Of a stretch of DNA of 36,401 bases, positions 28,050 to 36,401 are shown in pieces. The translations under genes were made by a program, and so were the position numbers. The DNA comes from Promethearchaeota archaeon. GTDB lineage: Archaea > Asgardarchaeota > Lokiarchaeia > Sigyniarchaeales > SOKP01. The notes under the pieces were generated by a model. The model made no database searches, was not told where the DNA came from, and saw only the letters and a program-made list of their open reading frames with translations. Position 1 is the stretch's first letter. Every line of letters begins with the position of its first letter. The stretch spans positions 1 through 36,401 of the forward strand of contig JABCSY010000036.1 of assembly GCA_018238625.1 (NCBI GenBank). The letters are read 5' to 3'.

Positions 28050-29504
28050 TTAATCCATACCTAAGAAAGATCGCATACCCGGATATTGCTGTGCTGCCAT
28101 TTCCTTAGCGATAGACTCGCTATATTGATGAACAATTCCTATTGCTATCAAAAGCCCCGTACCTGAAGTCAACGCACCCAGTGAATCTGCGAAGAAACTC
28201 ATTACTGCGATTATAATTCCGTTTAAAATGATTAAAGTAGGAATATACCGCTTTAATATTCTCTCAATAATTTTATCTGAACTACGAAATCCTGGAATCT
28301 GCATCCCAGAATCTATTATTTGCTGAGCTATATCGCGCGGGGCGAGCCCTGAGACGTCGACCCAGACACGGCCGAGCATGATACACAGAAATATAAAAAT
28401 TATTAGATATATTATTGCTCTGATTGGGTCTGCTACCAACTGCTCCAATCCTTGAGGGGGTGTAAGGTAATAAAGTAAACAAAATGGTTTTGGGACTAAA
28501 TAATCACCACCTCCCCCCGTTGAAACGGGGTCGAATTGCCCTATTAAATTAATTAGAACATCATATCCTTGACCTCTAAAACCAGAATTAGGTCCAGCAA
28601 TCATTTGTCCAAAAAATAGAAAATTGGCGTATAGCGCGTTAACTAAAATAACTGGGATATTTGAAACATACAGTAGCTTCATCGGATATTTTCCCTTAAA
28701 TCCTCTATATCCCTTATAGGCTAACGGGATTTCGACTCTAGTAGACTCGAACCAAATGACTATTAGAAATATGCCTAAAGTCGTAATGCCTCCAAAAAGA
28801 GAAGGTAATGCGTCCTGTCTCCAAAATAATGAAGCTGTATCTATATTAGGGTTCGTTAAAGATTGAAAGAAAGCAACAACGATTCCTCTTGCACCTACAT
28901 CAGTACCTACTTCGACAAAACTAAATAAATTCCAAAATATTTGTCCCGCAACACCAGCAGCAATAAATAAGGATATTCCGCTTCCAATTCCCCAACCTTT
29001 TTGTAGTAATTCATCGAGCAAGATAATGACAACTCCAGAAAAAAGTAATTGCAAAAATATAAATGTTCCACTTTGAATGTTAAGAGATCCAAAAGCACCT
29101 CCGGCTATATACGCTATGATATTGAACACAGTCAAAAACATTGCGAATACTTTTTGAGAACCGCTAAACATAGCCCTATCGTATGGATCGCTCATATCAA
29201 CTTTTATGATTTTGGAACCTAAAAGCAATTGCATTATTAGTCCTGCAGTTACTATTGGCCCTATACCTAATTCTGTAAGCGTACCTTTCTGACTTGCTAA
29301 AATAACTCTTAACCAATAATAATAATCTGTGGTGGCGGTAGTGGTTACGCCATAAAGCGGAGTATTTGACATTATTAAATAGATTATTAGTGCGAGCCCT
29401 GTCCACATTAACTTTTCTTTAAAACTTACTTCTCTCTGGGGTTGTTTAAGTTCAGGCATTACCCGTACAAAAGGGGAGAAGAATCTGAGGAATTTACCAG
29501 TCAT
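28050..29504 (-). CDS. secY: Preprotein translocase SecY/Sec61alpha
   Basis: FKEKLMWT, GTLTELGIGPIVTAG, LDELLQKGWGIGSGISLFIA, YPMKLLYVSNIPVIL, SGTGLL. Confidence 0.97.
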   Translation of the reverse strand: MTGKFLRFFSPFVRVMPELKQPQREVSFKEKLMWTGLALIIYLIMSNTPLYGVTTTATTDYYYWLRVILASQKGTLTELGIGPIVTAGLIMQLLLGSKIIKVDMSDPYDRAMFSGSQKVFAMFLTVFNIIAYIAGGAFGSLNIQSGTFIFLQLLFSGVVIILLDELLQKGWGIGSGISLFIAAGVAGQIFWNLFSFVEVGTDVGARGIVVAFFQSLTNPNIDTASLFWRQDALPSLFGGITTLGIFLIVIWFESTRVEIPLAYKGYRGFKGKYPMKLLYVSNIPVILVNALYANFLFFGQMIAGPNSGFRGQGYDVLINLIGQFDPVSTGGGGDYLVPKPFCLLYYLTPPQGLEQLVADPIRAIIYLIIFIFLCIMLGRVWVDVSGLAPRDIAQQIIDSGMQIPGFRSSDKIIERILKRYIPTLIILNGIIIAVMSFFADSLGALTSGTGLLIAIGIVHQYSESIAKEMAAQQYPGMRSFLGMD

Positions 29505-29763
29505 TTTTTATCAGCACAAAACCTTTAGTGAGTATAATCCTTTTTAGTTAAAATAAAAGTTTCTCAATTGAGAAATGTAACTTAAAAAAAAATGAATTTA
29601 AAAAAAACTTTTTGATTTAATAAGTTCATTTGAGCAGATATTTTGTTTCTTTAAAAATCGAAAACATTATCGTTAAAAATAGTAGAAAAAAATAATTTAA
29701 AAAAATTTTGAATTAATTATTACTTGTACTTTTGCTTTGTTTTGCTAAAGAGTTTTAACTCGA

Positions 29764-30066
29764 TTAAAATAACGAGCCAATTCCCGTAGGTTCTTCCTCA
29801 ACTTCTTCTTCCTTTTCTTTCTTCTTCTTCTTCTTTGGGGCTGCGTCTGCAGACGCTGAAGAAGCAACCGGAGCAGCCATCACTGGAGCCGCAGCGGCAG
29901 AACTGATTATTGATTCAATGTTAGTCTCTTTAAGCCCTGCTACTACTTTTGTAAGTTGAGTTTTGTCAACAGGTACACCTACAGCACTTAAGATTTTTTC
30001 GATGTTTGCTTCTGTAATTTTCTTATTTGCTTTGTTAAGCAATAACGCAGCATATATTGATTCCAT
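29764..30066 (-). CDS. rpl12: 50S ribosomal stalk protein P1 (aL12)
   Basis: MESIYAALLL...ITEANIEKIL, Ala-rich hinge, EEE...GIGSLF. Confidence 0.95.
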   Translation of the reverse strand: MESIYAALLLNKANKKITEANIEKILSAVGVPVDKTQLTKVVAGLKETNIESIISSAAAAPVMAAPVASSASADAAPKKKKKKEKEEEVEEEPTGIGSLF

Positions 30067-30142
30067 ATCGTTTTATACCTCTTTTTTTTTATCCAATTAT
30101 AATTAAAATTTGTGGTTATTTATTTTATTTAAAAAAATTAAT

Positions 30143-31120
30143 TTAATTACCAAATAAGCCTCCAATTCCAACTTCTTCTTCCTCATCTTCTTCAGCTTTT
30201 TCTTTTTTACCTTTTTTTTTGCCTTTTTCTTTCTTGGTTGGAACTTGTAGGTCTTCTCCAAGTACTATAGCCTTGATAGTGCTAGCATTTGATACGGCTT
30301 TTCGGATATATTCGTCCCTCATATCGTCAAAATAAACTGGTAAGTCAAAAAGAATTCCAAGAGCCTCTCGGTGCGCTTTTTGGATTAACGGTTCAATCGT
30401 TTCTTTATCGACAATACCTAACTCTAAAGCCAGGCTTCGTGCGCCGAAGAACGCAGATGCAAGCTCTTGTTGGAATTGTTCCATATCCATATATAGAATT
30501 TCCTCGGGAATGATTTCACCGTCGCTCCACGCGTAATGGATTTTAATAAGCGATTCAATTGGAGCTACACCTAACTTTTTTAAGACTGCTGCCTGTTTTA
30601 CGTTAACGTAATCTCCAACTGAGTGTGTACGCGTATTTTCTCTAACCCAAATCGTATCGTTCTGGATTTTAGTTGGAAGTCGAAGCGTCATGTTCAATTC
30701 ACTGATCACTTGTCCCGTAGGCAATCCTGTGTCCCCCTCAGGAACCCAAATATCTACTGGCGTTATCTCGTTAGGTTTAGCAGAGACCATCCATTCATTG
30801 TCATTAAATATATTCTTTAATTCAAAGATATCTACGTTGGTAAAACATAATGCGGATTGTCCTGGAATTTTTTCGGCGAGTTCATCTAAGTTATCTTTTT
30901 TAGACTCTTGTTTATACTGATCTACGGCTCTTAGTTGCAGCTTCTTTTTTGACATTCTTATCACTGCTTTTCCTCTTAATATTTTTCGCATCTCTTGAAT
31001 TTGCTTGTCGTTTAATCTCGCAACTTCTATTACAGCAACGGTTTTATGGTTTTTAAACAAATCAACTAAATGAACGATTTCATCCAATTTCCATTGATGT
31101 ATTTCTTTTTTTCTGATCAC
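30143..31120 (-). CDS. rpl10: 50S ribosomal protein uL10 (P0)
   Basis: WKLDE...QIQEMRKILRG...AKPNEITPVDIWVPEGDTG...EEEVGIGGLFG; GTG start. Confidence 0.95.
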   Translation of the reverse strand: MIRKKEIHQWKLDEIVHLVDLFKNHKTVAVIEVARLNDKQIQEMRKILRGKAVIRMSKKKLQLRAVDQYKQESKKDNLDELAEKIPGQSALCFTNVDIFELKNIFNDNEWMVSAKPNEITPVDIWVPEGDTGLPTGQVISELNMTLRLPTKIQNDTIWVRENTRTHSVGDYVNVKQAAVLKKLGVAPIESLIKIHYAWSDGEIIPEEILYMDMEQFQQELASAFFGARSLALELGIVDKETIEPLIQKAHREALGILFDLPVYFDDMRDEYIRKAVSNASTIKAIVLGEDLQVPTKKEKGKKKGKKEKAEEDEEEEVGIGGLFGN

Positions 31121-31124
31121 TTTT

Positions 31125-31853
31125 TTACACCTCTATACCCTTCAAAAACTGTTCATCAATTTTTATTGGTTGTCCCATTGTAGTTTTTAAAAACATAGAT
31201 TTAATGTTGTTATATTTATGAGGCATCTGATCAGCAACGTACTCAACGATAGCTTTCATGTTTTCAAAGATTTTATCCTTATCCATAGATTTTTTTCCTA
31301 CTTTAACTTGAATAAGTAGTTGTTTCTTTAATTGAATTCGAATTATTTTTAAGTATCTCTCAATTGCCACGTTTAAATCACTCGGATTGGAAATAATACC
31401 ATACCCACTTGGGAAAGGTTTCGGCATTTTACCTAATGGTCCAAGAAATCTCGCTAAATATCGAGCTACATTTGGCATCATTTTGTCTTCTACTACGAAG
31501 AATTTGTACTTCTTTACAAACTTTTTCTTATACTTTTTTTCCTCGTTATTTAGTTTGATTAAACCGTCTTTATCCATCGTTTCAAGTCCAAGATTCTTAG
31601 CTTCGAGAAGTATCTCGTCTGACGCAATTACACAGATATTAGGTCTATCTTCAGTCATTATGTTATTAGGTAGGATTATTTCCTTATCGATCCTCTGCTT
31701 AGGATCCTTGAGGTTAATGTCCTTAAAATTCATAATGAGGTCAATTGACTCGTCAAATTTCCTTACTTTATCTTTAAAGCCTTCCTTTTTAATAACTGAA
31801 TGGTCAATTGCAGCATCTAACGATTTTTTTAATAGTTTATCGTCAACTTTCAT
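31125..31853 (-). CDS. rpl1: 50S ribosomal protein uL1
   Basis: RKFDESIDLIMNFK...LGPLGKMPKP...KVGK...IKSMFLKTTMG. Confidence 0.96.
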   Translation of the reverse strand: MKVDDKLLKKSLDAAIDHSVIKKEGFKDKVRKFDESIDLIMNFKDINLKDPKQRIDKEIILPNNIMTEDRPNICVIASDEILLEAKNLGLETMDKDGLIKLNNEEKKYKKKFVKKYKFFVVEDKMMPNVARYLARFLGPLGKMPKPFPSGYGIISNPSDLNVAIERYLKIIRIQLKKQLLIQVKVGKKSMDKDKIFENMKAIVEYVADQMPHKYNNIKSMFLKTTMGQPIKIDEQFLKGIEV

Positions 31854-31856
31854 TTT

Positions 31857-32415
31857 TTACATCTCCCCCTTTATCATGGCGTCATATTCTCCATTATCAA
31901 TCTTTCTCTGAATTACTCGCGGGTCCTCACCCTCTATTGTGGCTCCAATTGACAACACCGTCCCTACTACGGTCTTTACGGCAGTTTTGAAGGTTTTATC
32001 TAAAAAGATCTCTTTTTTAGCGTTAACAACGTTAACTACCTGTTCAAGAGTTAAATCTCCTATTTTTTCCTCAGAACTATTCGAACTCCCTTTTTCAGCG
32101 CCTAATTCTTTTAAAAGTAATGAAGCTGTACTTGGCGTTTCTACGAATATCTCAAACTGTTTTGTCGCAGGATCGCACTCGATTCTAACTGGTACTGTCA
32201 AACCCTTAAAAAGCATGGTTTTTTCGTTAACGGCGTCCACTACGTCCTTGATGTTTGCATAGGAAATCGATTCAATTTCCGTTTTATGCCAGTAGGACCT
32301 ACAGCGGGGCCGATAGGTGGCCCTCCTGAAGCATTAGGGGAAAATTTATGAAATATAAATTTTCTCTCCCTCCAGTCACAAGGGCCTTAACAACGATTTT
32401 ATTTGTTTTACTCAT
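31857..32415 (-). CDS. rpl11: 50S ribosomal protein uL11, split by two BHB introns: join(32415-32366, 32333-32284, 32254-31857), 165 aa
   Basis: Spliced translation [46 protein letters not shown]...PSTASLL...IGDLTLEQV...GTVLSIG. The ORF track shows only the last 127 aa. Confidence 0.93.
32255..32283 (-). other. mRNA BHB intron 2 of rpl11 (29 nt)
   Basis: Outer TG/CA, central GCAT/ATGC, bulges AA|A and AA|A, inner GGAAATTG/CGATTTCC. Confidence 0.9.
32334..32365 (-). other. mRNA BHB intron 1 of rpl11 (32 nt)
   Basis: Central helix AGGG/CCCT, bulges AG|A and AA|T, perfect 10-bp inner helix GAAAATTTAT/ATAAATTTTC. Confidence 0.9.
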
Positions 32416-32826
32416 TTTCCTCGTCAAATTTTTTTATTTAAATTGAAAATTCAAAGTTAGTCATTTAAAGGCAAAGAAACGTAGATATAATGCTAAATTT
32501 TTCCAATTTATTCATTCCAATATCTTTTATATATTGAAACCGTATTATTATTACGTTCTAAGTCTTTCAAAAAACTAATTTTGAACTTAGTGAGTTTAAA
32601 AATTAATCTTTTCAAATAAACTTTTTGAACAAGTGTTAGCTTGTTCAAATTTACATATCCTTTTATTAATAATACTATTGAAATTTCATTTTATGAAAAT
32701 TATTATTTTTTGTTGACATGTATTTATTTATCTAATTACTAATATCATTAATTGAGAAAACAAATAGAATGATTTTAGAATTAAATCTATTCAAATTTTA
32801 AGAGTATTAAAGGGTAAGGTTGAAAG

Positions 32827-33672
32827 ATGATCCTTTGGATATTAAATAGTGATTCGGGCATTAAATTGTTATATAAGTCGTTTTTGAAAACAGATGCTGA
32901 TGAGGATATCGTTTCTGGATTTTTAACAGCCTTTCACCATTTCTCTATGGAAGAATTTCACCAATCACTGGAATCTATAGTAATGGGTGGATTAAGGTGG
33001 ATATATATATTGGAACCAAAATTCAAATTGCTCTTCGTTGCTGCTGATACAAAAAGTACTAAAACGGCGATTTTGATGGGTAGACTTAATGTTATAAAAG
33101 AGTCTTTTATAAAAGAATTCAAACCAGTATGGATAAAAAAAGGAAATAGTTGGAATGGAAATATGAACGTATATTTACCATTTCTTAAAGTAATTGAAGA
33201 TTACTACGGTCAATGGGAGGAAGTAGAATCAATAAATCAAGTAGCTGACTTTTTTGATATTTTAGGAGTATTTCAACAAATTTTTATTATTTTGAGAAAT
33301 ATCTTAGAAAAAAGAATGTATAACAAATCAAAAAACATAGTTTTACAGAAAATAGAAGAAGTGTTTAACCAATTTCGAGAACAAGAGAAATTTAAAAATC
33401 AACCCGAATTGGAAAATATAACTTTTTCAAAAGAATCATGGTTTAACATAATAGATATTAGTTTGCTTAAAAGTGAAAAGGACATAGTTATAAAATTTTT
33501 AAAATCAATTCTTACCGAAGTAATTAAAACGCTGAAGGAAGTAAAAGGGAAAGATTTGTGTCTGAAGTATTTTAGCGATGAAAGAGTTTATACATATATT
33601 TATAACAATATGGAACTATTGAAAGATTTAAAATTAGATATGTTTTTATTAGAACTGTTTTTGTTAATATAG
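32827..33672 (+). CDS. Hypothetical protein with N-terminal longin-like domain
   Basis: LWILNSDSGIKLLYKSF...DIVSGFLTAFHHFSME...LESIVMGGLRWIY...LLFVAAD pattern typical of Asgard longin-like domains; helical C-terminus. Confidence 0.65.
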   Translation: MILWILNSDSGIKLLYKSFLKTDADEDIVSGFLTAFHHFSMEEFHQSLESIVMGGLRWIYILEPKFKLLFVAADTKSTKTAILMGRLNVIKESFIKEFKPVWIKKGNSWNGNMNVYLPFLKVIEDYYGQWEEVESINQVADFFDILGVFQQIFIILRNILEKRMYNKSKNIVLQKIEEVFNQFREQEKFKNQPELENITFSKESWFNIIDISLLKSEKDIVIKFLKSILTEVIKTLKEVKGKDLCLKYFSDERVYTYIYNNMELLKDLKLDMFLLELFLLI

Positions 33673-33712
33673 ATTTAAGTATAAAAACATCTATAATGTA
33701 ATTGTGTTTTAT

Positions 33713-33919
33713 TTAGTCCCTACAACATAAACGACGACCAAAATCGAGATCGTGTTTCAGATATTCATTAGATAGTATTTCCATAACTTTTTCATAATTA
33801 AGTTGAGTATTATAATCTTTATTAACTATTTCAGGAATATCTTCAATTTCTATTCCCGGTATACATAATAATCTGAAAATCTCTTTCTTTATATCTTCAG
33901 ATATATCTTCGGTCATCAT
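33713..33919 (-). CDS. Small hypothetical protein (68 aa, possible HTH-like)
   Basis: ATG ORF 33 nt downstream of the FAH pair on the same strand; ends RRLCCRD. Confidence 0.6.
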   Translation of the reverse strand: MMTEDISEDIKKEIFRLLCIPGIEIEDIPEIVNKDYNTQLNYEKVMEILSNEYLKHDLDFGRRLCCRD

Positions 33920-33952
33920 AATAATTAATATTTTTTTAGCTATAATAACTAG

Positions 33953-34630
33953 TTATTTTTGTTCTAAAATAACTTCATGGGTGATGGTACCTATTTTCTC
34001 TATAGAAGCCTCTAGAACATCTCCCGGTTGTATTGGACCTATTCCGCTTGGAGTACCCGTTGCGATTATATCTCCTCTTTGCAAAGTAACGAACTTCGAT
34101 AAATATTCTAAAATTTGAGGAATTTTAAATAACATGTGTTTCGTATTAGAAAATTGTTTGGTTTGCCCGTTAAGCTTCAATTGAATTGTTAGATTATGTG
34201 GGTCGTTAATTTCGCTACTTGGAACAATTTTTGGTCCTATTGGTCCAAAAGTATCGAAATTTTTGCTTCTATACCATGGTAAATTTATATTTCTATCGCT
34301 TTTTTGCATAATTCTCGCAGTTAAGTCCAAAAAAATTGTATATCCTTGGATGTAATCTAAAGCATTATCAACCGAGATGTTTTTACACGTTTGGAAAATA
34401 ACAAAAGCTAGTTCCACTTCGTGATCTACTCGATTAAAACTCTGACTTTCGTACAAAATTTTAGGATAAATAATTGGTTTATTATCAGTTACTAGCGTAT
34501 TCAAAGTCTTCACAAAAAAAACAGGCTCTGTAGGGATGGGTGCGTTTGTCTCTCTTATATGATCCAAATAATTCCGTCCTAAACATAAAATTTTGGTTGG
34601 ATTTATATTAGTATTGCCAATTTTTATCAT
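33953..34630 (-). CDS. Fumarylacetoacetate hydrolase family protein
   Basis: KILCLGRNYLDH, DHEVELA, DLTAR, SKNFDTFGPIGP, GDIIATGTPSG. Confidence 0.95.
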   Translation of the reverse strand: MIKIGNTNINPTKILCLGRNYLDHIRETNAPIPTEPVFFVKTLNTLVTDNKPIIYPKILYESQSFNRVDHEVELAFVIFQTCKNISVDNALDYIQGYTIFLDLTARIMQKSDRNINLPWYRSKNFDTFGPIGPKIVPSSEINDPHNLTIQLKLNGQTKQFSNTKHMLFKIPQILEYLSKFVTLQRGDIIATGTPSGIGPIQPGDVLEASIEKIGTITHEVILEQK

Positions 34631-35317
34631 TTAAGCCAACTCCTTCTCTAATACCACTTTATTTGTTAGGGTACCAATCTTTTCTATCGAAGCTTCTATC
34701 AGATCTCCAGGCTTGATTGGCCCTATGCCTGCGGGTGTTCCAGTTGCTATAATATCTCCTGGTTCCATAGTAAAAAATCTTGAAATGTTTTCTAAAAGCT
34801 CAGGAATCTTAAACAGCAAATATTTAGTGTTCGATAATTGCTTAGTCTCTCCATTTATTTTTAATTCAATTTTGAGATTATGAGGGTCTTTAATTTCAGA
34901 AAGACTTACAATTACAGGACCAATTGGACCGAAAGTATCTAGTGATTTAGAGCGAAACCAAGGTAATCTTGAAACTATATCTTTTGTTTGTATCTTCCGT
35001 GCAGTAATATCGTTAAATACAGTATAACCTAATATATGATCGTAAGCTTGACTTGCACTCACATACTTACATCTATCTTTAATGATAAACGCTAATTCGA
35101 CTTCAAAATCAATTCGGTTGTATTTGCGGTTATTTAATATCCAATTTGGATAAATTATTGGTTCACCATCCCCTATCAGACAATTTAATGTTTTTGAAAA
35201 CAGAACGGGTTCTTTTGGTATTTCTGACTTTGTTTCTTCAATGTGATCCAAATAATTCGTACCAATACATATTATTTTTGTAGGGTTAATCGTTTTTTCT
35301 CCAATTTTCATAGTCAT
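34631..35317 (-). CDS. Fumarylacetoacetate hydrolase family protein (tandem paralog)
   Basis: KIICIGTNYLDH, DFEVELA, NDITAR, SKSLDTFGPIGP, GDIIATGTPAG. Confidence 0.95.
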   Translation of the reverse strand: MTMKIGEKTINPTKIICIGTNYLDHIEETKSEIPKEPVLFSKTLNCLIGDGEPIIYPNWILNNRKYNRIDFEVELAFIIKDRCKYVSASQAYDHILGYTVFNDITARKIQTKDIVSRLPWFRSKSLDTFGPIGPVIVSLSEIKDPHNLKIELKINGETKQLSNTKYLLFKIPELLENISRFFTMEPGDIIATGTPAGIGPIKPGDLIEASIEKIGTLTNKVVLEKELA

Positions 35318-35502
35318 ATGTCACTCCTTTAGGTAGTTTGTGCCTTTGGTAAAAAAAAATCGATTAGTTCGTTGTCTTTTAGAACAAGGCAACTATACTT
35401 AATTAAATAAGGTTTAAATTTTAAAGATAATTAATTTTTAGATAATAGTAAAAGCTTAAATTGTAAGTAAAAAATAGATAAAACAAAGATAAATTGATTA
35501 AA

Positions 35503-36027
35503 ATGAGCGAAAAAGACGTAATTTTGACATTAAAGATTGCTATGGCAGCTATTTTTATGGCTGTTGGAATTACTTTAAGTTATCTTAATCCATTTGGATA
35601 TTTTTTGTTGTTTGGTACAAAGATAAATCCTTTCGCTCATTTAATAAATGTAATAACGGGAGTTCTAATAGGAGTTACTTTTTCTAGCATTACTGCTTTA
35701 GGAATTGCAAGTATACGGTATTCAGCTGGAATTGGATCGATCCACGCTTTTCATGGGGGCATATCTGGTGCGGTTGTTGTTGGAATCGTGTCTCATATTT
35801 TATGGAAAAAAAAATCGAAGTATGTTGAATATGCCGCATTTACAGAACCAATTGGTACAGTATTCATTGGTGGGACCATAACAGCTTTAATTCAAGGGTT
35901 TACACTAGAAATTCTACTATATTATTGGGTGTTATTTATGCTGAGCTCTGTTGTGGGTTCTGCTCTAGGTTTCATAGTTTTAAAAATTCTTAAGCGCTCT
36001 GGCTATTCAAGAGATAGGTTTTACTAA
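35503..36027 (+). CDS. thiW: ECF S component ThiW (thiazole/thiamine precursor)
   Basis: PFAHLINVITGVLIG, IR...GIGSIHAFHGGISGA, EPIGTVFIG, F.LSS..GS.LG. Confidence 0.85.
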   Translation: MSEKDVILTLKIAMAAIFMAVGITLSYLNPFGYFLLFGTKINPFAHLINVITGVLIGVTFSSITALGIASIRYSAGIGSIHAFHGGISGAVVVGIVSHILWKKKSKYVEYAAFTEPIGTVFIGGTITALIQGFTLEILLYYWVLFMLSSVVGSALGFIVLKILKRSGYSRDRFY

Positions 36028-36058
36028 ATATAAAAAAATTTATTATTCCAAAAAATTT

Positions 36059-36401
36059 ATGAAATTTAGTAAAGAATTAAATTTTAGCAATTTAATCGGT
36101 CAGAAAACACTTATCTATGGGGAAACGAATACTGGTAAAACTTTATATACCGCTAATTTTGTTCAATTCCTCCTAGAAAGTAAAAAAATTAACCCTAAAG
36201 AGATAAGCATATTAGATTTTGCTCCAAAGCTAACTTATTTTAACGATTTAAAAATTGGTGGAAGAGTTCAAGATTATTTCGAAAATAGCGTAAAATGTAA
36301 TAACATTAAAGTTATAGGAGAAATTATTCCCCCCCGCCTAAACGCTAAGAATAAAAATGAAATGTATAGCAATATTTCTCATAATTTTAAAACAATATAT
36401 G
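36059..36401 (+). CDS. P-loop NTPase-like protein (3'-truncated; not in ORF track)
   Basis: MKFSKELN...KTLIYGETNTGKT (Walker A)...ISILDFAP...IGG...IIPPRLNA; frame open to window end. Confidence 0.8.
   Translation, partial: MKFSKELNFSNLIGQKTLIYGETNTGKTLYTANFVQFLLESKKINPKEISILDFAPKLTYFNDLKIGGRVQDYFENSVKCNNIKVIGEIIPPRLNAKNKNEMYSNISHNFKTIY

Noticed and set aside
28515-28530. GC hairpin CCCCGT-TTCA-ACGGGG inside secY as a possible hidden in-frame intron
   Set aside because: The flanks do not form a 4-bp central helix with 3-nt bulges, and the ORF is intact in a normally variable loop.
31387-31911. 174-aa plus-strand ORF and the many other short antisense/overlapping ORFs in the track
   Set aside because: They are shadows of well-supported genes on the opposite strand or frame (here rpl1), with low-complexity F/S/L-rich composition.
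31857-32415. rpl11 as a pseudogene, programmed frameshift or sequencing error
   Set aside because: The breaks are 32- and 29-nt insertions with BHB geometry, not 1-2 nt indels; exons are intact and precise excision restores the consensus protein.
35318-35502. TPP riboswitch upstream of thiW; 8-bp hairpin at 35371-35393
   Set aside because: No CTGAGA/TPP core is seen on either strand; the hairpin lacks BHB flanks and has no other support.
1-36401. CRISPR arrays, transposases/integrases, rRNA, selenoprotein genes
   Set aside because: No regularly spaced repeats, mobile-element motifs, rRNA-like sequence or in-frame TGA within a recognisable domain were seen by eye; a computational scan would be needed to exclude weak cases.

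Overview
AT-rich archaeal chromosome segment, most likely Asgard/Lokiarchaeia. This is inferred from a Loki-CTERM-like tail, roadblock, longin-like and Vps28-like proteins, and an archaeal/eukaryote-type Sec system. It carries: (i) the distal spc ribosomal-protein operon (uL14 to uL15, including a uS14 missing from the ORF track and a uS8 that seems to start at ATA); (ii) a putative cobalamin ECF uptake locus; (iii) selenocysteine machinery (selB, tRNA-Sec, SepSecS); (iv) several tandem paralog pairs (Nudix, MBL, FAH); (v) a DUF62 / Nudix-NadM / RtcA operon; (vi) eL34-cmk-eL14-tRNA-Ser convergent with uL11-uL1-uL10-P1 and secY-DUF106; and (vii) thiW. The main observation is that the protein-coding uL11 gene is interrupted by two short, frame-breaking bulge-helix-bulge (BHB) introns (32 and 29 nt). 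Removing them at the standard endonuclease cut sites restores a complete 165-aa uL11. All three tRNA genes also have BHB introns: tRNA-Sec has two non-canonical ones, tRNA-Ile with the rare UAU anticodon has three, and tRNA-Ser has one, giving eight introns in 36 kb. All structures were folded by eye, with no database searches, so family calls and novelty need confirmation.
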